A DNA stretch of 62,820 nt from an uncultured Clostridia bacterium (GCA_944349765.1 CALVNN010000004.1:1-62820), one strand, 5' to 3'. Positions 1 through 9,475 are shown, counted from the first letter of the stretch. Numbers and translations are program-made. Notes: generated from the letters alone by a model not told the origin.

Positions 1-1
1 A

Positions 2-3000
2 GACTATGAGTTCGGTGGCTGGTATTATGACAAAGATATATGGCAAGATGCATTTGATGGGAAGGCAGACCCAAGCAGAGGCAGTGAACAAACTGTATAT
101 GCCAAGTGGTTGCCTATTGCTACATATACTGTGACATTTGACGTAAATGGTGGAAGCGATGTCAATGCTACAAACACCATCACCGCAAGAGAAATAACTA
201 CCGAGCCTGTAATCACTAGAGGTGATGATATTTTCTTAGGTTGGTACACAGCTGATAACGTCAAAGTAACATTCCCATACATTGTAAGTAGTGATATTAC
301 TCTTTATGCACATTGGCAAGCATATCCTATAGCGACGGTTAATTTCTACGTAGATAATGTACTTTATGAAAGTAAACAGGTATTAAAAGGCGAGGTGTTG
401 ACCTTACCTAAAGCACCTACAAAGCTTGGGTATGACTTTCAATATTGGATGCTTGGGGATATCCAGTATGATACAACAAGTATAGTTCAAGATAGTTTTG
501 ACTTGACAGCTTATTTTGAAATTCAGCGTAATACGGTTACCTTTAAAAATGGTGATACAATAGTTGCTACCTTTGAAGTGGAATATGGTGAATCATTTTT
601 TGACACATATACAGTGCCTGATTTAGATTCATTGCCTAATATAGACGGTTACACAAAATCTTGGGTAAATTTAGACGGATTAAATAACGTAACGGCAGAT
701 ACAGTATGCTATTTACAGTATTCACCTAATGAGTACACAGTGACTTTTGATGTGGATTTTGTTGGTGCTGTAGCGAGTTTTAGTGAAAAACAAGTAACTT
801 TTTGTGAGGCAATAGGAGCGTTACCTACTGTAATTAGTATAGAAGAATATGAGTTTATAGGATGGTACTATAATGATACTCTTATAAATGAAGAGTATGT
901 TGTAAACATACCTAATGATTTCACGTTAACAGCTAAATATGAGTTTATTGTAGTGGATAGGGAATGTAATATTTTATCAACTAATGAGTTTGTCGCTGAA
1001 GGGGATACATATAAGCTAGATTTGGATGGCGAAAACCTAAACTTGTCGGTAACGGTTAGAAATAAGGTATCTGAGATAAATTTGGCTCAAACCTTAAATT
1101 TGAGTGAAAATTGTACATATTCATTGTATCAATTCGCTAGTGGTGATAATTTTGTCGGCGAAATTACATCCAAGAAATTACCTTTAACCGCTGGTATGAA
1201 TACGGCGTTTATATTGGTTAGAAATACGGTTGAGGATCTGCAGTTGGCGTATACATTAAATGTGTATAGAAGCAAGGCTTTGTCGGTATTCTATTACAAT
1301 TTTGATAATTGTGTCAATATAGATACTATAGACGAAAAATTTGAAGTAGTGGAAAATTTTAACTCGAATTACAATCCTGGTGATGTGGATGACTTTAAGT
1401 TTGTGGGATGGACTACAGCTGTAGATGAGCCATTATACGAGTTTGGTCAGTATATTAGTAGTAATTTGACCCTTTATGCAAAATATGAATCTCCAAATGA
1501 TTATTCGCATTTTGAATACACTGTCCAGTATGGTGAAGTATCTGTAGTTTGTGATACTAATTATGATAAAAGCGAAGTTACCGTTCCTTCAGTGTATCAG
1601 ATATATAAAGTAACAGTTATAGGTGATAATGCATTTAAAGGGATGAAAAACCTGACACAAATTAATATAAATCCAAATCTTATCACCAAGATTGGTGAAT
1701 ATGCATTTAGTGGGACAGGTATAAGCGAGATTACATTGCATATTGACGACATAGCAGATTATGCCTTTGCGAATTGTCAAAATCTTCAAAGTTATAATAC
1801 TCTTAAGTTTGTATCCTTAGGCGAAAATGCTTTTGCGAATTGTAGTAATCTAACATCTAGCCTATATTGTAATAGTATAGGGGCATATGCATTTTTAGGA
1901 TGTACGAGCCTAACCAGTGTATATGTGAATGATAACGTTAGCGGTGGTGCATTTACAAATTGCGAAAATCTAAATGATATACATTTTATAAAAGAAAATA
2001 TTTCTATATATTCTTATGCATTTGAAGGTTGTGTAGAGCTTAATTATATTGAGCTACCTGCCTTGAATATTGTGGGCGAGGATGTATTTAAAAATTGTAC
2101 AAATCTAAACCTAATAGTAGCACCATCAATTAATTGGTCAGGACAAAATTGGAATAGTGGCATTCCATACTATATAGGCACTGTGATAAATGTTGATAAT
2201 ATGAAATTTATTCAGTTGAGCGGTAAGGGGATTTATTTCTTACGAGTTACTGATAATGCAGAAAATGTTGTTATTCCTAATCAAATCGCTAATGGCGACG
2301 TAGTGGGTGTTGTTGAGAATGCGTTTAAGTGCTCAAATGTTAATTCTATTGAAATAGGTGACAATGTGAACGTATTTGATAGAAATAGTTTTATAGGGTG
2401 TCCTTTGTATGAAAATAAAGATAATTGGATAGATGGTTGTCTATACATAGATGATGTCCTAGTGGCGGTCGAAGACCAAGAGGTAATCAATATCCAAGAA
2501 GGCACGACTTATATAGTTAATGACGCTCTTAATCATCTAAATAACCTTAAAGTTCTTACAATTCCTAATAGTATGATAAAAATACCAGTAGGGGTGTTAA
2601 AGGGTACAAATAATATACAAAATATTACAATACCTTATATAGGAACTAGTGCCGATGCCGTCGATGTGGAAGCGTATTTTGGAAGCATATTTGGGTATTC
2701 AACTGAATATATGGAAGGCACAATTACTCAAACTAGCAATGTGTATTTTTATATACCAAGTAATATTGAAACGATCACTATTACAGGAGACGTGGTGCTT
2801 AGCGGTCTGAATAGTATACCTAACGTGAAGACCATCAATGCATTAAACGCTACTAGAGTAGAAAGTCAAGCTGTGCAAGGGTGTGAGACGCTTATTACAC
2901 TTAATTTGGGTAATAAATGTACTTATATTGGACAAAATGCTATAAGCAATACGTCGATTTCGGTACTTTTGCTCGAAGCAAGTGTTACGGAGATTAATAA

Positions 3001-3658
3001 TATAAAAAATCAATATGACACCGTGCCAGTTACGGTATATTCAAAATTAAGTAGATCCGCAGATAAAACTTTTGTAAATGATTATACTAGTGTATGTAAA
3101 ATATACTATTTAGAGCAATGGGAGTTTGGCAATGATGGAGTGCCTTATGCTGTATATACGGTTAATGACAATGATTTAAATGAAAATTATCCACATAATC
3201 TTTCTATTCAATTAAATACAAACTTTGCAAATAATGAAGTTTTGCGTGAAGTAAAATTTAATAAATCATTCAATACTAATGCTATAAGCGTTAGGGCAAA
3301 GATAAGTTTTGAAAGCGATAATCTGCTAGCTAGTGAACTTGTTGATCAGCTAAATCAAATTGATTTTAATATTGCTACGCTTTCAGGTGAGTATACTTGG
3401 TCTGAAAGAATAAATGGTTATTACTTTTTGGTAAATAGCACAAATAAAATGTATCAATTACAAACTAATGATATAATTACATTGTCAAATGGTGTTATTA
3501 TACCAGATATCATATTTGAAAGTGAAGACTACAAGACTTACTGCTCGGATATTGTGTTAAAAGTAGAGTTGCAAGCTTTATGGAATGTTGGTGGATATAC
3601 TATAGAAGAAGCTGATGCAAACTTCAGCAATAAATATGGTGGTTCAGCTTTCAACTGA
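2..3658 (+). CDS. Large secreted/surface repeat protein, 5' end outside the window; Flg_new (Listeria-Bacteroides) repeats followed by BspA-type leucine-rich repeats
   Basis: The reading frame is open to the left edge (DYEFGGWYYDKD...), so the track start at 110 is only the first in-frame TTG. The N-terminal ~290 aa hold repeated ~70-aa units with TVTFDVNGG...GWY/GYxFxxW...LYAxW signatures. Later units fit FxxCxxLxxIxI..IGxxAF (IGDNAFKGMKNLTQINI, IGEYAFSGTGISEITL, LGENAFANCSNLTS, YAFLGCTSLTSVYV). TGA stop is followed by a hairpin terminator. Confidence 0.8.
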   Translation, partial: DYEFGGWYYDKDIWQDAFDGKADPSRGSEQTVYAKWLPIATYTVTFDVNGGSDVNATNTITAREITTEPVITRGDDIFLGWYTADNVKVTFPYIVSSDITLYAHWQAYPIATVNFYVDNVLYESKQVLKGEVLTLPKAPTKLGYDFQYWMLGDIQYDTTSIVQDSFDLTAYFEIQRNTVTFKNGDTIVATFEVEYGESFFDTYTVPDLDSLPNIDGYTKSWVNLDGLNNVTADTVCYLQYSPNEYTVTFDVDFVGAVASFSEKQVTFCEAIGALPTVISIEEYEFIGWYYNDTLINEEYVVNIPNDFTLTAKYEFIVVDRECNILSTNEFVAEGDTYKLDLDGENLNLSVTVRNKVSEINLAQTLNLSENCTYSLYQFASGDNFVGEITSKKLPLTAGMNTAFILVRNTVEDLQLAYTLNVYRSKALSVFYYNFDNCVNIDTIDEKFEVVENFNSNYNPGDVDDFKFVGWTTAVDEPLYEFGQYISSNLTLYAKYESPNDYSHFEYTVQYGEVSVVCDTNYDKSEVTVPSVYQIYKVTVIGDNAFKGMKNLTQININPNLITKIGEYAFSGTGISEITLHIDDIADYAFANCQNLQSYNTLKFVSLGENAFANCSNLTSSLYCNSIGAYAFLGCTSLTSVYVNDNVSGGAFTNCENLNDIHFIKENISIYSYAFEGCVELNYIELPALNIVGEDVFKNCTNLNLIVAPSINWSGQNWNSGIPYYIGTVINVDNMKFIQLSGKGIYFLRVTDNAENVVIPNQIANGDVVGVVENAFKCSNVNSIEIGDNVNVFDRNSFIGCPLYENKDNWIDGCLYIDDVLVAVEDQEVINIQEGTTYIVNDALNHLNNLKVLTIPNSMIKIPVGVLKGTNNIQNITIPYIGTSADAVDVEAYFGSIFGYSTEYMEGTITQTSNVYFYIPSNIETITITGDVVLSGLNSIPNVKTINALNATRVESQAVQGCETLITLNLGNKCTYIGQNAISNTSISVLLLEASVTEINNIKNQYDTVPVTVYSKLSRSADKTFVNDYTSVCKIYYLEQWEFGNDGVPYAVYTVNDNDLNENYPHNLSIQLNTNFANNEVLREVKFNKSFNTNAISVRAKISFESDNLLASELVDQLNQIDFNIATLSGEYTWSERINGYYFLVNSTNKMYQLQTNDIITLSNGVIIPDIIFESEDYKTYCSDIVLKVELQALWNVGGYTIEEADANFSNKYGGSAFN

Positions 3659-3661
3659 GTA

Positions 3662-3696
3662 AAAAGTTCTATCTGTTATAAGATAGGGCTTTTTTA
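3662..3696 (+). terminator. Intrinsic terminator after the surface-protein gene
   Basis: Stem CTATCT(3669-74)/AGATAG(3681-86), extendable by GTT/GGC pairs, followed by a T-run at 3690-3695. Confidence 0.6.
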
Positions 3697-3713
3697 GTTA
3701 AAATAATTTGATA

Positions 3714-3742
3714 TTGTTTTTGGCTTACCTTTATGATATAAT
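3714..3742 (+). promoter_or_regulatory. Sigma-A type promoter with extended -10, predicting a leaderless transcript
   Basis: TTGTTT(3714-19), 17-nt spacer, TGaTATAAT(3734-42). The ATG at 3749 starts 7 nt after the -10 and there is no Shine-Dalgarno in between. Confidence 0.5.
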
Positions 3743-3748
3743 ATAAAT

Positions 3749-4348
3749 ATGTTTGATATAAATGAATTAAAAAAATTTGGCTTAGACCAAAAATATCCTA
3801 TTATAAAAGATGATTCACTAAATAAACTTTTAGATGTCGTTCGCACGCTTAACCCCAAAAGAATTTTGGAGATTGGGACAGCTATTGGTTACTCTGGAAG
3901 TTTGATGCTATTAAATAGCAATGCGAGCTTAGATACAGTAGAAATAAATAAAGAGTCATTTGAAAAAGCTACTAAAAATTTTAAGGATTTAGGCTTAGAA
4001 CAAAGGGTGCGTTTGCATCTAGGAGACGCAAGTGATGTGATTAATAGCCTCAAAGATGAAGGGGTTAAGTATGATTTGATTTTTTTGGATGGAGCAAAGG
4101 GACAGTATATCAAATATCTTGAACGTTTAATTGATATGCTTGAATTAAATGGTGTGTTGGTGGCAGATAATGTATTGTTTAGAGGTTATGTAAGAAGTGA
4201 TAATCCACCTAAAAGATACAAGACGCTAGTTAATAATTTAAGAAAGTTTAACGATGCGATTTTAAAGGACGAAAGGTTGGATACTGCCATACTTGATATT
4301 GGAGATGGCGTCAGTATAAGCAAAAAGATTAAGGAGGGTAAGTTATGA
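3749..4348 (+). CDS. SAM-dependent O-methyltransferase, family 3 (YrrM/TrmR-like)
   Basis: ILEIGTAIGYSG SAM-binding motif and DLIFLDGAK motif. Length ~199 aa. Overlaps the downstream U32 peptidase gene by 4 nt, as in the B. subtilis yrrM-yrrNO arrangement. Confidence 0.85.
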   Translation: MFDINELKKFGLDQKYPIIKDDSLNKLLDVVRTLNPKRILEIGTAIGYSGSLMLLNSNASLDTVEINKESFEKATKNFKDLGLEQRVRLHLGDASDVINSLKDEGVKYDLIFLDGAKGQYIKYLERLIDMLELNGVLVADNVLFRGYVRSDNPPKRYKTLVNNLRKFNDAILKDERLDTAILDIGDGVSISKKIKEGKL

Positions 4349-5544
4349 TAGAGTTACTAGCACCTGCGGGTGATATGGAAAAATTAAAGATAGCATTTCA
4401 TTATGGTGCAGACGCTTGCTATTTTGCTGGAAAGAAATGGGGCTTAAGAGCTTTTAGCAATAATTTTGATGAAAATGAAATGGAAGAGTGTGTAAAATAC
4501 GCACATTCAATTGGTAAGAAGTGCTACATCACGGTAAATATTATTGCACATAATAAAGATTTTGAAGGACTCAAGGAGTATTTACAATATCTTGAGAAAA
4601 TAGGCGTTGATGCTGTCATTGTAGCTGATGTTGGTATTGCTAAGTTTGTAAAAGATTATACAAATTTGGATTTGCATATTAGCACTCAAGCTAACATAAC
4701 TAATATTTATAGTGCAAAATTTTTTGAAGAGTTTGGCGCAGACAGGTTGATTTTGGCAAGAGAGCTCAGCCTTAAAGAAATACAAGAGATTAGAAATGTT
4801 TTAAATCCAAAGACCGAACTCGAAAGCTTTGTGCATGGAGCAATGTGTATTAGCTATTCTGGTAGATGTTTGCTTAGTAATTACTTTACGGGTAGAGAAA
4901 GCAATGCAGGTGCGTGTGTGCAAGCTTGTAGATGGGAGTATGCGATAGCAGAGAAAAACCGACAAGGACAATATTACCCTATTGAAGAAGACGAGAGAGG
5001 CACTTACATATTAAATAGTAAAGACCTTTGTATGATAAAACATTTACCAGAGCTTTACAATGCTGGCGTAAACTCTTTTAAGATTGAAGGGCGTATGAAG
5101 TCACAATATTATGTAGCTACGATTGTGAATGCGTATAGGCGAGTGTTGGACACACTCAAAGAGGGTAAAAAGGTCGATGAAAGTTTGTATGACGAAGTGT
5201 TTAAAGCAAGTCATAGAAATTATACTACTGGTTTTTATTATCCTAATGAGAATAAAGAAAATTTTGAGACTAGTTTACCAGTGCAGACTAGCGAATTTAT
5301 GGCTTTGGTAGTTCAGGACGGTGAGGACGGATATATCACCGTTGAGCAACGCAACAAATTTAGTGTAGGCGATACTTTGGAAGTTTTGTCACCAGGTGAT
5401 GATTTTAACAAGACTTTTGTTGTTGAAGAAATTATCGATAGTAAAGGTGAAAAAGTTGAAAGTGCAAAAAATGTACAAGAAGTAGTAAAAATAAAATGTC
5501 CATACAGTCTAAAGAAACTGGATATACTGCGCAAAGATATTTAA
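4345..5544 (+). CDS. Peptidase U32 family protein (YrrO/TrhP-like, tRNA 5-hydroxyuridine formation)
   Basis: N-terminus ELLAPAGD..L..A...GADACYF.G..WGLRAF..NF and the later E.FVHGAMCISYSGRCLLS motif are typical of the U32 family. ATGA start/stop overlap with the methyltransferase gene. Confidence 0.88.
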   Translation: MIELLAPAGDMEKLKIAFHYGADACYFAGKKWGLRAFSNNFDENEMEECVKYAHSIGKKCYITVNIIAHNKDFEGLKEYLQYLEKIGVDAVIVADVGIAKFVKDYTNLDLHISTQANITNIYSAKFFEEFGADRLILARELSLKEIQEIRNVLNPKTELESFVHGAMCISYSGRCLLSNYFTGRESNAGACVQACRWEYAIAEKNRQGQYYPIEEDERGTYILNSKDLCMIKHLPELYNAGVNSFKIEGRMKSQYYVATIVNAYRRVLDTLKEGKKVDESLYDEVFKASHRNYTTGFYYPNENKENFETSLPVQTSEFMALVVQDGEDGYITVEQRNKFSVGDTLEVLSPGDDFNKTFVVEEIIDSKGEKVESAKNVQEVVKIKCPYSLKKLDILRKDI

Positions 5545-5567
5545 AATAAGCTTATAAGAAGGTGAGT

Positions 5568-6479
5568 ATGTACGAGAAACACATAAAAGCTTTAAAAAAA
5601 GAAAATTTAACCAAACAAGAAGTAGAGGATATAATATTTGCAGTCTTTTATAAAAAAGGCTTTAATATTCAAAATAAAGACTGCCAAAAAGTAATTGCTG
5701 GACTTAAAAAACACAGCGACAAGGTGGCAGAAGTCTTTAATTGTAAAGAAGAAGACATTTATTTTGGTGATATTCACAATAAATATCCTTATTATCAAGT
5801 AGTCTTTGGAAATGTTGAATTTGATGGGATTGAAGATGAAAAGTTTACTGACGGGTGTTTGATAGGGACATTAATAGGAGACTTAAATGTTAGAAATTCT
5901 AGACTTGATAATCTTGGATTTGTAAAGACTGTGATCAATAATGTTAACGTAATAAATTCTAACTTACAAGATACTGGTGCTTTAAATTGCATACTAGGAA
6001 ATTTCAATATAAGTGGATCTAGAGTAGGGTATTTTGATTCTATTAAGCGTTTTGAACCAGGTTTAATTTTATATCAAAACGAAGATGAGGAAATGCTTTG
6101 TTCGGTCGGGCTTAACAAAACACCTAATCTTTTTGTAGGATATGATTTAAATGTCACAAACTCCAAAATAGGCAGTTTCTTTGGTATGGATAAGGTGGGT
6201 GGTGACGCTGTCATTATGGATAGCGAAGTGGAGGATATGTATTTTTTAACCGCCGACGAAACAACTTATGTGAAAAATTGTAACATCAATAATTTTAGTA
6301 TCGGATTGGGTAAGTGCCTTTATGTAGGAGATACTAAAATACAAGAGTATAATCCATATTTTATAGCGTTTAAACCACAAATAATTTGGGAAAGCAATAA
6401 TATTGATATGAAAGATGTGAAAAAGAACTTTATTAGTACGGTAGAGAAAAATATTTTAACAGAAGATTTTGAGAAATAA
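5568..6479 (+). CDS. Hypothetical protein with degenerate ~20-aa Asn/Leu-rich repeats
   Basis: ORF with a GAAGG SD-like element before ATG 5568 (alternative GTG at 5562), 23 nt after the U32 gene. Repeats such as GDLNVRNSRLDNLGF / INNVNVINSNLQDTGA / LGNFNISGSRVGYF / GYDLNVTNSKIGSF. No family recognised. Confidence 0.6.
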   Translation: MYEKHIKALKKENLTKQEVEDIIFAVFYKKGFNIQNKDCQKVIAGLKKHSDKVAEVFNCKEEDIYFGDIHNKYPYYQVVFGNVEFDGIEDEKFTDGCLIGTLIGDLNVRNSRLDNLGFVKTVINNVNVINSNLQDTGALNCILGNFNISGSRVGYFDSIKRFEPGLILYQNEDEEMLCSVGLNKTPNLFVGYDLNVTNSKIGSFFGMDKVGGDAVIMDSEVEDMYFLTADETTYVKNCNINNFSIGLGKCLYVGDTKIQEYNPYFIAFKPQIIWESNNIDMKDVKKNFISTVEKNILTEDFEK

Positions 6480-6549
6480 TTTTTATTTGCATATTGACTT
6501 TTTGCGTATTAAATAATATACTAAGTATAGAATTTTAGGAGGGGTTATT

Positions 6550-7158
6550 ATGTGGCAAGAAATTACTGAACTTTTTACCGAAATGGGTTGGGTCAGTGGT
6601 ATATTACTATCATTGGGTATTATATTTGCAGTTATTGAATTTTTTACTCCTGGACTCGGAATTTCTGGTGCTGTCAGTGCTATATGTGTAGTGTGCGGTA
6701 TTATTGCTAGAATGGTCGAGGGCGGTTCTTTCACCCAACTATTCATTATGATATTTTTGGTACTAATCATATTTACTATTTTGTTCTTGTTGACAGTAAG
6801 GTCGGCAAAATATGGCGTACTTTCTAAGTCTCCATTTGTTGAGACGGGGACAGCGGTCAGTACAGAGCTACGGGATGAGGAAAAGAATCCTTTAAAAGCG
6901 TTAATAGGTAAACAAGGCGTTGCATCTAGTGCTTTAAGACCTGTTGGTATGGCAAAGATTGAAGACCAAACATATGAAGTTATGGCAAATGTCGGCTTTT
7001 TGGATGCTGATACCAAGATTGAGGTGATTAGAGTAGAAGCCAATAAGGTGTTTGTCAAAGCAATAGAAGAAGATAATGCAACGGAAAAAACGAACGAAAA
7101 CGCAAAAGAAAGCGTAGACACAAAAGAAAATGCAAAAGAAAATGTAACGGAGGAGTAA
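6550..7158 (+). CDS. NfeD family membrane protein
   Basis: Strong RBS (AGGAGGGG). Three to four N-terminal TM helices, then a C-terminal OB-like segment ([27 protein letters not shown]...[13 protein letters not shown]). Sits directly upstream of floA, as in yqeZ-yqfA. Confidence 0.75.
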   Translation: MWQEITELFTEMGWVSGILLSLGIIFAVIEFFTPGLGISGAVSAICVVCGIIARMVEGGSFTQLFIMIFLVLIIFTILFLLTVRSAKYGVLSKSPFVETGTAVSTELRDEEKNPLKALIGKQGVASSALRPVGMAKIEDQTYEVMANVGFLDADTKIEVIRVEANKVFVKAIEEDNATEKTNENAKESVDTKENAKENVTEE

Positions 7159-7162
7159 GAAA

Positions 7163-8170
7163 ATGTTAAACTTGTTGTTATTTGCAAGTACCGGGACTAT
7201 CATATTGTTTGTTGTATTAGCTATTTTACTAGTACTATTAGCAGTATTCTTTAGTTTAGTGCCTATTGGCCACTGGTTTAAAGCGTTGGTATCTGGTTCA
7301 TATGTTAGTATGAGTCGTTTGATTGGTATGAAACTTAGGAAACTACCAGTAGCTAAGATAGTTAATGCCTATATTATGGCTAAGAAAGCTGGTATTGTAA
7401 TTGATATTAATGAAATTGAGACCCATGAGATGGCTGGCGGTGATATTAATAAGGTAATCAATGCGCTTATTAGTGCTCACAGTGCTAGAATAGCTTTGAG
7501 TAACGAAGACGCTAAAGCTATTGACCTTGCTGGTCGTGATATTTTGGAATCTGTAAGAGATAGTGTTGACCCTAAGGTTATTGAGATACCGCCTGTAAGT
7601 GCCATTGCTAAGGATGGTATAGAGCTTAAGGTTAAAGCATTAGTTACTGTTAGGATGAATATTGGTCGTTTGGTCGGTGGTGCTGGTGAGGAGACTGTTG
7701 CAGCCCGTGTGGGACAGGGTATTGTCACAACTGTTGGTTCTGCTGAGTCTTATCTAGAAGTGCTAGAAAATCCAGATATGATAAGTGAGACAGTTAAGAA
7801 AGAAAATGACTTAGAGGCAGGTACTGCTTTTGAAGTATTGTCACTAGATATTGCAGACATAGATGTTGGACGTAACGTCGGTGCACAATTGCTTATTGAT
7901 AAGGCCGAAGCTGACAAAAATATTGCACAAGCAAAAGCCGAAGAGCGTAAGAGTATGGCTATAGCTTTAGAGCAAGAAATGAAAGCTAAGACCCAAGAAA
8001 TGAAAGCTGTGGTACTCCAAGCAGAAGCCGAAGTGCCTAAAGCTATGGCTGATGCATTCAGAAAAGGTAATTTGGGTATAATGGATTATTACAAGATGCA
8101 AAATGTCGTAGCTGATACAAATATGAGAAATACTATTGCTGGTGTAGACGACCCTAACTCAGCTAAATAG
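7163..8170 (+). CDS. floA: Flotillin-like protein FloA (UPF0365/YqfA, SPFH domain)
   Basis: N-terminal TM helix followed by [29 protein letters not shown]..., the hallmark FloA N-terminus. Ala/Glu-rich C-terminal helical region. Paired with NfeD. Confidence 0.88.
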   Translation: MLNLLLFASTGTIILFVVLAILLVLLAVFFSLVPIGHWFKALVSGSYVSMSRLIGMKLRKLPVAKIVNAYIMAKKAGIVIDINEIETHEMAGGDINKVINALISAHSARIALSNEDAKAIDLAGRDILESVRDSVDPKVIEIPPVSAIAKDGIELKVKALVTVRMNIGRLVGGAGEETVAARVGQGIVTTVGSAESYLEVLENPDMISETVKKENDLEAGTAFEVLSLDIADIDVGRNVGAQLLIDKAEADKNIAQAKAEERKSMAIALEQEMKAKTQEMKAVVLQAEAEVPKAMADAFRKGNLGIMDYYKMQNVVADTNMRNTIAGVDDPNSAK

Positions 8171-8183
8171 TTGGGAGGCTTAT

Positions 8184-8534
8184 ATGTGGTGGATTGTATT
8201 AGTTGTATTTTTGGTGCTTGCAATAATAGCTTGTGTGGCACTTTATATTTACAATAGCAAAGGTAATCATTTGTTTCACCATTCGCACAAGGAAGACCCT
8301 GTCAAAAGCGAGGAGCCAAGACCAATAGTACGAGAAGAAATGCAGGCCGAACCTGTTTTGCAAAAGACCGAACCTGTAAAGGAAGAAACCAAAAAGAAAG
8401 TAGAGACTAAAGAAGTTTTGGCTGAGAGTGATACTAATAAAAATAACCCTTATCTAGATAGTATAAAAAATATGTCACCCGAAATGAAGGCTATAGTCTT
8501 TGCTGACATATTTAATAAAAAACATTTTAAGTAA
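8184..8534 (+). CDS. Small single-pass membrane protein in the yqfB-like position downstream of floA
   Basis: RBS GGGAGG before the ATG. N-terminal TM helix (WWIVLVVFLVLAIIACVALYIY) and a charged Pro/Glu/Lys-rich tail. Followed by a terminator. Confidence 0.6.
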   Translation: MWWIVLVVFLVLAIIACVALYIYNSKGNHLFHHSHKEDPVKSEEPRPIVREEMQAEPVLQKTEPVKEETKKKVETKEVLAESDTNKNNPYLDSIKNMSPEMKAIVFADIFNKKHFK

Positions 8535-8550
8535 GTGTAAAGGTGAGTTT

Positions 8551-8590
8551 AAAAGGATGCAATATTATAAGTTTATTGCATTCTTTTTTA
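8551..8590 (+). terminator. Intrinsic terminator ending the nfeD-floA unit
   Basis: Stem ATGCAATA(8557-64)/TATTGCAT(8574-81), extended by GG/CT pairs, then a T-run. Confidence 0.6.
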
Positions 8591-8623
8591 TTTATTTTGA
8601 TGTAAATTTTATATAAAAAATCA

Positions 8624-8652
8624 TTGACATTTTTTTTGAAATTTGTTACAAT
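8624..8652 (+). promoter_or_regulatory. Sigma-A type promoter for the L7Ae-like/str operon
   Basis: TTGACA(8624-29), 17-nt spacer, TACAAT(8647-52). Confidence 0.6.
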
Positions 8653-8730
8653 TACCATACGATGATTAATGTCTATAGGTTATTTAGACGTTATTTGTTT
8701 TTTTTAACATAATTTTTAAAAAGGTGTTTT

Positions 8731-8991
8731 ATGTTATCTAGCAATGAAATTAGTCATCTTCTTAACGACTACAGCAATAGAATTATAGGTAAGAGAGCAG
8801 TTCTAAAAGCTGTTGCATCGGGCGAAATTAAGTGTGTCGTTTTGGCCGATGATGTCGATGTCGAGATGCTAAATCAGATTACAGCGGTTTGTCGAGATAA
8901 TGGTGTTAAGGTTTACCAGTGTGAATCTAAGCGTGAATTAGGTAAGCTAGCTGGAATTGAAGTAGCTTGTGCGTGCATCGGGTTGTTTTGA
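8731..8991 (+). CDS. Ribosome-associated L7Ae/L30e family protein (YbxF-like)
   Basis: 86 aa. The pattern IIGKRAVLKAV.SGEIKCVVLADDVD...LGKLAGIEVACA resembles B. subtilis YbxF. Conserved position immediately upstream of rpsL. Confidence 0.8.
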   Translation: MLSSNEISHLLNDYSNRIIGKRAVLKAVASGEIKCVVLADDVDVEMLNQITAVCRDNGVKVYQCESKRELGKLAGIEVACACIGLF

Positions 8992-9057
8992 TTTTGAATT
9001 TTCTTTATTGGGTTGAAAAAGAAATTCACCAACCAAAATTTTATTTAGGAGGAAATT

Positions 9058-9426
9058 ATGCCTACAATTAATCAATTAGTTAAGCATGGTAGAAAGTCTG
9101 AAGTAGAGAAGTCAAAGGCTCCAATCTTAGAGAGATGCCCTCAAAAGAGAGGCGTTTGTCTTAGTGTGTCTACTACTTCTCCAAAGAAGCCTAACTCAGC
9201 ACTTCGTAAGATTGCCCGTGTTAGAACTTCTGGTAAGCAAGAATGTACAGCATACATTCCTGGTATCGGGCACAATCTACAAGAACACAGTATGGTGTTG
9301 ATTCGTGGCGGTAGGGTAAGAGATTTGCCAGGTGTGCGTTATCACATTATACGTGGTACTTTGGATACTGCTGGTGTTGCAAAGCGTAAACAAGGCAGAA
9401 GTAAGTATGGCGCTAAAAAAGCTTAA
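9058..9426 (+). CDS. rpsL: 30S ribosomal protein S12
   Basis: [13 protein letters not shown]...KKPNSALRK...[14 protein letters not shown], an unmistakable S12 sequence. GGAGG RBS. Confidence 0.98.
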   Translation: MPTINQLVKHGRKSEVEKSKAPILERCPQKRGVCLSVSTTSPKKPNSALRKIARVRTSGKQECTAYIPGIGHNLQEHSMVLIRGGRVRDLPGVRYHIIRGTLDTAGVAKRKQGRSKYGAKKA

Positions 9427-9475
9427 ATAAATAACAATTAAAAAATATACTGAGAAAATTTAAAAGGAGAAACTT

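Noticed and set aside
3656-3658. Possibility of a Mollicutes-type genetic code (TGA = Trp), given the very low GC
   Set aside because: TGA terminates several well-defined genes at family-appropriate lengths (3656-58, 8989-91, 37178-80, 61471-73), usually followed by terminators. Conserved proteins show no in-frame TGA.
6483-7187. 234-aa ORF on the minus strand, fully antisense to the nfeD gene
   Set aside because: It has no RBS and its product is low-complexity and Ser/Thr/Phe/Ile-rich, as expected from reading a real gene backwards. The sense-strand gene has a strong RBS, TM helices and conserved synteny with floA.
8653-8730. Box-C-like GAUGA in the 5' UTR of the L7Ae-family gene as a possible autoregulatory K-turn
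   Set aside because: I could draw a 9-bp hairpin (UAAUGUCUA/UAGACGUUA). I found no partner strand providing the tandem sheared G-A pairs or a CUGA box, so there is not enough for a K-turn call.
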